In this document: positions 1-8,000 of the stretch, piece by piece
Numbering within the stretch: the stretch's first letter is position 1
Layout of the letters: every line of letters begins with the position of its first letter
Assembly (NCBI GenBank): GCA_963662655.2
Contig: CAXXTU010000002.1
Location: 96,001 to 160,000, forward strand
Direction: 5' to 3'
Length of the DNA stretch: 64,000 nt
Source of the DNA: Candidatus Cloacimonadales bacterium
GTDB taxonomy: Bacteria; Cloacimonadota; Cloacimonadia; Cloacimonadales; JAIOQZ01
Position numbers and translations under genes: made by a program
Notes under the pieces: model-generated
What the model was told of the DNA's origin: nothing
Database searches by the model: none
Seen by the model: only the letters and a program-made list of their open reading frames with translations

Positions 1-634
1 GATCGACGAAAAGCTGATCCGGATGAAGGAGCTGGCGGAACAGGCTTCCACGGGAACTTATACGGACTCTCAGCGGTTGATCATGCACTCGGAGTTCTCG
101 CTGATGGCATCGGAGATCGACAGGATTGCCAATTCCACGACATTCAACGGAATGAAGCTGCTGGACGGTTCTCTTTCATCGTCTTCATCCTGGACGAATG
201 GAAGCGGGTGGAGCGAGCCAAACGACGGAGTCCTGGTTCACGTGGGCGACGGGAATGCCCGAGCTGAGGATTACTATTACATTTCGGTGCGGGATGTGAG
301 AACTTCAGCGCTTTTCTCGAACACGAATCTGGCGGTTTCGACGCAAGCGGCTGCGACAAGCGCGTTGAATATGGTCAATACGGCGATCATCAACAAAGAT
401 AACGCGAGAGCATGGCTGGGAGCGTTGCAGAATAGGCTGGAGGGATCGATCGACAACCTCGAGGCGCAGGTCAACACGCTGGACCACGCGCAGTCCGATA
501 TCGCCGATGCCGATTACGCGGAGGAGATTTCCCGGTATGTGAGCAGCGTTATCCTTCTGCAGAGCGGCGTTGCGATGCTTGCGCAGGCCAACACGATCCC
601 CTCCATGGCGCTAACGCTGGTGAACTCGCTCTGA
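1..634 (+). CDS. fliC: Flagellin (5' part outside window)
   Basis: Frame open from base 2 (IDEKLIRMKELAEQASTGTY...EIDRIANSTTFNG); flagellin C-terminal signature RAWLGALQNRLE...SDIADADYAEE...MLAQAN. Confidence 0.93.
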   Translation, partial: IDEKLIRMKELAEQASTGTYTDSQRLIMHSEFSLMASEIDRIANSTTFNGMKLLDGSLSSSSSWTNGSGWSEPNDGVLVHVGDGNARAEDYYYISVRDVRTSALFSNTNLAVSTQAAATSALNMVNTAIINKDNARAWLGALQNRLEGSIDNLEAQVNTLDHAQSDIADADYAEEISRYVSSVILLQSGVAMLAQANTIPSMALTLVNSL

Positions 635-641
635 TATGGCA

Positions 642-812
642 ATCGAGGCATTTTCGCCCGATCCGCCCACGGTGCGAATTGGCATTCAGAGCCTGCCAAT
701 TCGCACCTCTCGACGTGTATATACCCCACGGGCGATTTCCTGACGGTGTCAGCAAGCCGTCCGTGGGAAACAACACGTCTTCGGGCGCGGATCGAACGAA
801 TCTGCTCTCGAT
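642..812. repeat. Branched palindromic (structured) intergenic element
   Basis: Pairings 642-647/807-812, 659-666/787-794, perfect 14-bp hairpin 671-684/694-707, 712-718/773-779, 725-734/758-767 (one G.T), 740-744/748-752. Confidence 0.6.
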
Positions 813-831
813 GAGGTTCGCGGTTTCAAAG

Positions 832-855
832 AAAAACCGCCCTCAAAGAGGGCGG
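832..855 (-). terminator. Rho-independent terminator of hsp20 pair
   Basis: CCGCCCTC-AAA-GAGGGCGG hairpin with T5 on minus strand. Confidence 0.75.
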
Positions 856-893
856 CTGAGAATGAGTGATTTATGTTTCGCCGAGGCGGCTGA

Positions 894-1301
894 TTACTCG
901 ATGGTAATGGTCTTGTCCGGCTTTGGATCAGCCTTGGGGATGCTGATGGTGAGAACGCCGTTCTTCAGGTTTGCTTTAATGCTGTCTTGATCGCAGTTTT
1001 CGGGCAGCTTGATTACGCGCTGGTAGCATCCGTCGTATCGTTCCTTCATGTGAACGATTTTCTTTTGCTCGTTATCGACCTTTTCCGGGCATGTTTCCAG
1101 AAGAAGCTCGTTGGCTTTCACGGTGATCTTGAGGTCTTCTCTCTTTACCCCGGGCAGGTTTGCCATTACCTGGTAACCTTCGTCGTTTTCCAATACGTCG
1201 ACAGCCATCAGCCGACTGTCTCGAGATATACGGTCATTGGTGAAGCTGTTCAGAAAGTCATCGAAAAGTGACCAGTCGCTATCTCTTCTTAGCAGTCTCA
1301 T
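894..1301 (-). CDS. Hsp20/alpha-crystallin small heat shock protein
   Basis: VDVLE..ANLPGV.REDL..ER..G.YQR.IKLP..A.LKNGVLTISIPK; GGAGG RBS. Confidence 0.95.
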   Translation of the reverse strand: MRLLRRDSDWSLFDDFLNSFTNDRISRDSRLMAVDVLENDEGYQVMANLPGVKREDLKITVKANELLLETCPEKVDNEQKKIVHMKERYDGCYQRVIKLPENCDQDSIKANLKNGVLTISIPKADPKPDKTITIE

Positions 1302-1313
1302 TGTTACCTCCTG

Positions 1314-1745
1314 TTATTCAACAACAATTTCTTTGTTTGGCTGAACGTTCTTCGGGATGGTGATCATGAGCACACCATCGTTCATGCTTGCTTTGATATT
1401 CTCGCGATCGATTGTCTCCGGCAGGTGAACCGCACGGGCGTAGCTGCCGTTGAAACGCTCTGAGTAGTGGACTTTCGTTTTATCGTCCACGGGCTGATTA
1501 TCCGGCTTGGCTTCGATGATCAGGTGATCCTTGCGCGTGGATATTGTGACGTCTTTCTTTTCGAATCCAGGCAGGTTTGCCAGAATCAGATAATCCTTGT
1601 CGTTTTCAATGATGTCCATGGGGAGTGTGCGCGACCGGTCTCCCGATTCGTGTTCTCTGAAGAACCCCCTGGCATACCGGTCGTACAAAGGCAGCATGGA
1701 AATAGGATCGTGCTCCGTCATGATCTTTTTCGGTATGAGTATCAT
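1314..1745 (-). CDS. Hsp20/alpha-crystallin small heat shock protein
   Basis: MDIIE..ANLPGF.K.D..SERFNGSYAR.V.LP..ASMNDGVLMITIPK; AAGGAGG RBS. Confidence 0.95.
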   Translation of the reverse strand: MILIPKKIMTEHDPISMLPLYDRYARGFFREHESGDRSRTLPMDIIENDKDYLILANLPGFEKKDVTISTRKDHLIIEAKPDNQPVDDKTKVHYSERFNGSYARAVHLPETIDRENIKASMNDGVLMITIPKNVQPNKEIVVE

Positions 1746-1791
1746 TGTTTTCCTCCTTGTCCGGCGAACCGGCTCCTCATATTCTGGGGAT

Positions 1792-1820
1792 AATATAAGG
1801 CGTGTGTGTCAGGCTGTCAA
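1792..1820 (-). promoter_or_regulatory. Sigma70-type promoter of hsp20 operon
   Basis: Minus strand TTGACA-17 nt-TATATT. Confidence 0.7.
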
Positions 1821-1828
1821 ATATTTTT

Positions 1829-1855
1829 TTAGCACTCCAGCGAAAAGACTGCTAA
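1829..1855. promoter_or_regulatory. CIRCE element (HrcA operator)
   Basis: TTAGCACTC-N9-GACTGCTAA, one mismatch to TTAGCACTC-N9-GAGTGCTAA, directly upstream of heat-shock genes. Confidence 0.9.
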
Positions 1856-1933
1856 AAAATGTTTCTGCGTTTCTTGTTGACGAGCTCCACAGCTCTATGT
1901 ATCAGGTAGTCAAAATCTATTGAAGGAAGATCA

Positions 1934-2671
1934 ATGCTTGAAATCTGTGTGGGGAATATCGAGTCTGCGATTGCGGCTGTCGGTGCTGGGGCTGATCGCC
2001 TGGAGCTCAACAGCGCTTTGCAACTGGGCGGATTGACGCCATCGACTGCCACGGTGCGAGAAGCGCTGGAGAACGTGGCTGTACCGGTGGTCGTCATGAT
2101 AAGGCCTCGCGAAGGAAATTTCCGGTACTCGGATCGGGAGTTCCGCACCATGCTGCGCGAAGCGGAGGACATGCTGGCGTTGGGCGCGGATGGCATCGCC
2201 TTCGGGGTGCTGGATGGAGATTCCCGGATCGATCGTGACCGGGTTAAAGAAATGATAGGTATCGCCGGCGCGCGCGAGACCGTTTTCCACCGTGCCTTCG
2301 ATACAACTGCGAACCCGATCGGTAACATGATGATCCTGCAAGAGCTGGGTATTACCCGAATTCTGACGAGCGGGTGCTCGCCAACCGCCTGGGATGGACG
2401 GGAGACTTTGCGCGGAATGATGTCGCATCCGGGGCGTGAGATCGGGATACTCCCCGCTGCGGGGATACGTCCATCCAACGTAAAAGATATCCTCGAATTC
2501 CTGGGTTGCAAGGGCCTGCATGCCTCGTGCAGCAGGATGATTATGCCCGTTGATATAAGCGGATCGAGCATTCGGTTCAACGCGAGTGGGCTGCCGGAGA
2601 ACGCGCACATTGGAGTGGATGTCGAACAAATTCGAGAGATGAAGAGGATTGCCGGGAATCAAGCGCTGTGA
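1934..2671 (+). CDS. cutC: Copper homeostasis protein CutC family
   Basis: MLEICV..GADRLEL..GGLTPS..MIRPR.GNF..FHRAFD..RILTSG. Confidence 0.93.
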   Translation: MLEICVGNIESAIAAVGAGADRLELNSALQLGGLTPSTATVREALENVAVPVVVMIRPREGNFRYSDREFRTMLREAEDMLALGADGIAFGVLDGDSRIDRDRVKEMIGIAGARETVFHRAFDTTANPIGNMMILQELGITRILTSGCSPTAWDGRETLRGMMSHPGREIGILPAAGIRPSNVKDILEFLGCKGLHASCSRMIMPVDISGSSIRFNASGLPENAHIGVDVEQIREMKRIAGNQAL

Positions 2672-2799
2672 AGGGGAATTCCGTTGCTGAATGGGTGAGA
2701 TCACAGCAAGGAAAGAACCTCTATTAATCTTCCGAGAAAAAACCTTTGACAAAATTGACAGCGTGGACGTTTTTAGAAAAAACAAACTCTGGAGGACGA

Positions 2800-3288
2800 A
2801 TGTCGGATCAAAACGAAGCCCTGAACAATGTTGGTCAGACTGACGACTTGAGCATAAAGCAGGCAAAGAAGTTTTCCTTGATCGAGCTTTTGATGATCAT
2901 TATGCTCGTCGGCATCGTGGTAACATTTATTTTCCCATTGCGACAAATGAAGATCGACCGCAGCCGCACCATGGAAGCCGTCGAGATCGTGAAAGAAGCT
3001 GCAAAACTCGATGAGCAATTCAAGAACAATCCTGACTTGGGAGACGGCGATTACGCCTTCGATTTCTCTCAGCTCAACTATAAACCGGATAATAAATACT
3101 TCAACTTCCGGGTTGCCGATGTAACCATGGAAGACCGTACCATTACCGGTGGCTTCATCATTGCCGAGACCACCAAGGAATTTGGACACGAAGGCATCCA
3201 GATCAAATTCATGCTGCCTTCCGGTCCGTGGTCGGTTGACGCTCCCGAAAAGCTGAAAAACGTAGTTCATCGTAACTGGCTTCCGTAA
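2800..3288 (+). CDS. Type IV pilin-like protein
   Basis: GGAGG RBS then ATG at 2800; leader followed by KK|FSLIELLMIIMLVGIV hydrophobic helix with E5. Confidence 0.8.
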   Translation: MSDQNEALNNVGQTDDLSIKQAKKFSLIELLMIIMLVGIVVTFIFPLRQMKIDRSRTMEAVEIVKEAAKLDEQFKNNPDLGDGDYAFDFSQLNYKPDNKYFNFRVADVTMEDRTITGGFIIAETTKEFGHEGIQIKFMLPSGPWSVDAPEKLKNVVHRNWLP

Positions 3289-3306
3289 TCGGAAAGCATA
3301 AATTTT

Positions 3307-3338
3307 AAAACCTTCAGGCTTCGTTCTGGAGGTTTTTT
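3307..3338 (+). terminator. Rho-independent terminator after pilin
   Basis: AAAACCTTCAG...CTGGAGGTTTTTT. Confidence 0.6.
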
Positions 3339-3341
3339 CTT

Positions 3342-4871
3342 ATGATACCACTTCCATTCGCTTACGCTGAGATCCATTACAGGCTTCCCTGGCTTGCGCC
3401 GGCTTACTACCGCAGTATGCCGGAGATTGTTACGGATTTGCCCACGCGATATGTGGTTCGATCCGGTAGGGGATTGCCCGTTGTAATGATCGTCAAAGAC
3501 GCGCACAAGTTCCCCGTAACAATCCACCGTGTTACCGCATGCATTTTACAGTCCGGCAAAACGGAGCGGATCAATTTCGAGATCGAGCAGGCTTTCGATG
3601 CGCCATACCGATCCGTTATGCTGTATATCAACAGCAAGCGCCTTCGAGTGGATCGCATGGCCTATGTTTCAATGCGGATCGAGTGCACGATTGATGGGAA
3701 TGAGCATACATTTTTCAACGATAACTACCCGGGATTGAACTGGGCTCCGTACCGATGCTTTATCAGCTCCGAACCGCTTCCGTACCCCGATGGCTGGCAC
3801 GCGGGGGATCCGCATGTGCACACGAATTTCACGGACGATCAGGTTGAGTTTGGCGCTGACATTCAAACCACTCGCGAGATGGCGAAAGCGATGGGGCTCG
3901 ACTGGTTTTTCGTCACGGACCACTCCTACGATCTGGACGACCGTGAGGGCGATTGCCTGCGCAACGACCCCGCATTGCCGAAATGGAATCGGATGAAAGC
4001 GGAAGTGCAGCGATTCGACTCTCCCGAGTGCCGGATTGTGCATGGGGAAGAGGCGTCCATCGGCAATATGTATGGCGAGAACGTCCATCTTCTGGCGGTG
4101 AATCGAGACGGATTCATCTACGGAAGCGGAGACAGCGCGGAGAGGTGGTTGGAAAACAAGCCACAACAGCTTCTGAGCAACCTGAAGTCGGAAGCGAACG
4201 AACTCCTGATCGCGGCGCATCCCTTCGAGAGGGTACCGATCCTGCAACGGCTGCTTATCAGGCGCGGTAACTGGCAGCTCTACGATTTCGATGCAGCGGG
4301 GATCAGACATCTGCAATGCATCAACTCGGCCACGCGCTCCGATATCATCGAGAGCATTCTGCACTGGCGGGACATGCTGCTCACGGGAAGGAGATTCTAT
4401 CTTCTCGCCGGGAACGATTCCCACGGCAATTTCAATATCATGCGCCAGATTCGCGTGCCGTTCCTGAAGCTGTTCAGTTCACGCAAGCAGACGTTCGGAA
4501 AAATGACGACGGTATTCCGTCTTGAAAGCAACGATCCGGTCGAGGGTATCAGAGCTGGCGAAATGATCGTTACAAACGGGCCGTTCATCAAGTTCCAGAT
4601 GGGCAAAGGCGAGAATGCCGTGCACATTGGGCAAACGATGAAGGCACGTCGCGAGCGACTGTTCTTCGAGGTAATCACTTCGAAAGAGTTCGGCAGGGTA
4701 ACACGGGTGGACCTGCTGATTGGGGATGTAAATCGCGGTAAAGAGCGAAGGATCATCAATCCGGACAACCGGAAGAAGATTGCCCCGCCAAATCATGGAT
4801 ACCTGCGCATGGAGCTTCGTACACGTAACGGCGGTTTTGCCGCCACCAATCCAATCTGGATCGAATCGTAA
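3342..4871 (+). CDS. PHP-domain metallohydrolase (CehA/McbA-like)
   Basis: GDPHVHT, VTDH, GEE, AAHP, AGNDSH metal-binding motifs and terminal TNPIW. Confidence 0.8.
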   Translation: MIPLPFAYAEIHYRLPWLAPAYYRSMPEIVTDLPTRYVVRSGRGLPVVMIVKDAHKFPVTIHRVTACILQSGKTERINFEIEQAFDAPYRSVMLYINSKRLRVDRMAYVSMRIECTIDGNEHTFFNDNYPGLNWAPYRCFISSEPLPYPDGWHAGDPHVHTNFTDDQVEFGADIQTTREMAKAMGLDWFFVTDHSYDLDDREGDCLRNDPALPKWNRMKAEVQRFDSPECRIVHGEEASIGNMYGENVHLLAVNRDGFIYGSGDSAERWLENKPQQLLSNLKSEANELLIAAHPFERVPILQRLLIRRGNWQLYDFDAAGIRHLQCINSATRSDIIESILHWRDMLLTGRRFYLLAGNDSHGNFNIMRQIRVPFLKLFSSRKQTFGKMTTVFRLESNDPVEGIRAGEMIVTNGPFIKFQMGKGENAVHIGQTMKARRERLFFEVITSKEFGRVTRVDLLIGDVNRGKERRIINPDNRKKIAPPNHGYLRMELRTRNGGFAATNPIWIES

Positions 4872-4910
4872 ACCAGTTTCATTACTACCATTTTTAAACA
4901 TGTTTGTCCA

Positions 4911-4974
4911 GCCCAAGCGCGGGGGGGCGCCGCCCCCGCGCGCGGATGGCGCTTACCCCGGGTGGGGCATGGGC
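4911..4974. repeat. GC-rich palindromic element, short relative of the 30.3 kb and 57.8 kb elements
   Basis: GCGCGGGGG/CCCCCGCGC stem; contains CGCCGCCCCC and CGGATGGCG, both shared with the 57.8 kb element. Confidence 0.5.
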
Positions 4975-4981
4975 ATATTAT

Positions 4982-5020
4982 AGAACCGCCTCGAATCTTT
5001 CTTTGATTCGAGGCGGTTCT
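4982..5020. terminator. 16-bp inverted repeat between convergent genes (probable terminator)
   Basis: AGAACCGCCTCGAATC-7 nt-GATTCGAGGCGGTTCT. Confidence 0.65.
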
Positions 5021-5036
5021 TGTATGTAATATCAGA

Positions 5037-8000
5037 TTATCTTCTTGTGCGTAGAGCAGGGATTGAGCCGACAGCGCTGATCTTGAAAAAGCGATATCCC
5101 TGCGACGCAGGAATCTGTGCTGAAGCGCTCTCGACATACTGCGAGTTCCATCCGTCTGCCACAGGTTGCGTGTTCATGTATACGCGATAACCGCCAGCGC
5201 CGGCAACTTCGCTCCAGCTCAGGTTGATCATCCCGTTATCCGCGTCGATTGTAACGACCACGTTCTGCGGTGCGTCCAGACCGAGAATGGTGTATTCCCA
5301 GCAACCACGATCGGGATCGGTGCGCGGATTGCCGTCGATATCGAAATCGATTCCTTCGTATGCCACGCCGCTGTTGATGGCGTTCGAGCCCTCAACGGTG
5401 TAGTAGCCTTCTCCCAAACCCGGATCCATGAGCAGGGTCGTAACGTCACCTGTTACTTCCTGGTACTCGCTGATGGAGGTGATGTTGGTATTCGCGATGC
5501 GCGCGTAAGCGCCGTCACTGTGGGTGAGGTTGTGGTGGATTTCCGCGACGTCGCTCATGCTGTAAAGCTCGATCGGCGCGATCATTCCGCCCAGCACGAT
5601 GTTGTTGACCCAGGCGAGTCCGGAGCAACCGTATTGCTGCAGGAATGCCACGCTGTTGGAATAGGTTGTGTTCATGCGGAGCGTGTTGAACACGATATGC
5701 GCGTTGACGGTATCTGTAAGATGGAGTGCGGCGTTGGTCGTGCCGCTCATCTCGATGTAATTGTTGTAGATCATCTGCTCGTGTTCGGTGTTCAGAATGT
5801 CGTCGAGCAGGATACCTATGCTGCCGGTGGAATATACGACATTGTTCGCGATTTCCAGTTGATCCGAGTCTTCGATGTGCATGCCGTTTCCGCGGCAGCC
5901 GGTGATGCGATTGCCGTTAACCGCTGCATCGAGCCAGTAATAGCCCTTGATACCCAGATATACGTTGTCGATGGTGTTGTTGAGAATCTCCAGACCCGAA
6001 TTGTCTACCGGACTCGCCGTCGCGCCGTAGATGAAGACGCCGTATCCCATGTTGGAAACATCGCAATTGGAAACACGGATGCCGTCGAATGGGACACCGT
6101 AGCCGTATATTGCGCTGACATTGCTGGAAATGGGTGATGACAGCTCTGTGGAGAAAGAGCAGTCGTTTACTTCAACGTTCTTCGTATAGCGATCGATAGC
6201 CAGGCCATTGGCAAAGCCAGTTCCCAGAGGCGCAATCTCGATGCCCTCGATCGTGAGATTGTAGCAGTTGTTCAGCATGATGCACCAGTTATCCGACGAG
6301 CTGGTCGCTTCGCTCTGGAAAACGACCGGGTTCTCGCTCTGGTTGCGAATGGTCAGCGATGAGTTGATCATACCCGGAATGTAATCGATCCGCACCGGTT
6401 CGTATGTCCCCGGCGCGACATAGAGCGTTATATTGCCGGCCATACCACGGAGGCGGAAGTCGTCGATCGCTTCGTTCAAGTCGGTGTAGGATCCACCGGT
6501 CCCCACAATCGTGCTGTGAATAACAGGATCACCTTGGTCGGCGATAACGGTTGCGCCCGGGCACGGATCGTTACCGAAAGGATTCCCGTCGATGTCGTAC
6601 GGATGCGATATGCTTATACCCCTTTCACGCAGCCAGGAGCACTGCGCATAGCCGTTCTCGTCCGGGAGCGGGTCTGCGTACTGTCCTTCGATCTCGCCCA
6701 TTTGGGTGTACATGAAAGCATAGGGTTCGTAGTAATGGTTATCGATCTTGCCGAGGTATTTTCCGCTGGCATAGCAGGTGTTACCCATCCAGGATGTGTC
6801 ATTGCAGCTCGTGACAAACGCTGCGTAGCCTTTGGCGGGGGACGACAAGATGTTGTTGATTATGTAGCTGTTATCGCTGTTATAGAGCGAGAGGGCGCAA
6901 CCGTAATCGGCATACGACTTGTTATCGATCGCGATTGTGTTATGCGTTGCAGAAACACCATCCGAATAACCAATGTTGAGCCCGGTCAATGACTGGCAAC
7001 TGCAATCCGTGACATTGACGATGTTGTTGTAGAATCTCGCGTCTTTGCCTTCTGCGACATTGATGTTGTTGAGGTTAACCAGCGAAGCGCTGATATTTGA
7101 GTTAGAATAGCCCGAAGCGAATATACGGTTGTTGTGGATATCGATATTGCCTTCTGAATGGGCGATGTAGATCGGCGTAAGGCTTTGGTTGAACATGCTT
7201 CCAGCGATCTCGAGGTTGTCAACCAATAACAGGTAGAGCGGTCCAGACATCCCGCTAAACTGACAACTGTTGATTGTCACGTTCTGATAGTGGTTGCTGT
7301 CGTAGTTCGCTCCCGGGAGATACACGCCATGATTGCCGCCCTGGAAGAAGCAGTTATCGATGGTGAGGCCGTCGCCCAAACCCTGTATCGAACTGATCGC
7401 AAAGCAATAGGTCGGCAGGTTGAACGAACAATTCACGAACTCAATATTCTCGCAGCGACCGCTGATGGCGATCTGCTGTGAATAGGGTGAAGAACTCAGC
7501 GTCGAGAAGGCGAGCCCTTCGAAGGTTAGGTTGTTCACTGCCTTGAGCAGGAAGAAGAAGTTGTCGTTCTGTTGCGAGTAGAGAGGATCGAGCTCGAGGA
7601 AGGTGCCTGGCTCCGCTGTGATGGTGACTCTGAAAGTGCTGTCCGTACGCGGATAGTCGTTGATTACATGGTACCCCTGATAGGTTCCAGCGAGAAGGGT
7701 TGCGGTGACGTCGCCGTCGATTCCGCGGAACTCCAGATCGTTGACAAACTCGTCGATCGTTTCGTAGTCGCCAGCTCCACCGATAGAATAGCTGCCGTTC
7801 ATGTGCGTGAATACGCCTGCGCCGGTGTGCTGATCCGCACCGATATCGAAGGATATAAAGCGGAGGTCGCCGTCCATGTCTTCGGTGATTTCGCTGCGAT
7901 ATATTCCCACATCGCGCAGCCAGGGACTCTGGGTGTGCATGTCGGCCGTCAAGTGAGGATTGATCGCAATGGAGTGCTGGTTCTGAGCTGGAACACCGTT

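Noticed and set aside
679..699. TTGGCATTC...TGCCAA as a second CIRCE
   Set aside because: Wrong spacing and downstream of genes; it is part of a larger hairpin
2746..2760. TTGACA-AAA-TTGACA direct repeat before the pilin
   Set aside because: No convincing -10 box at proper spacing; too short to call an operator
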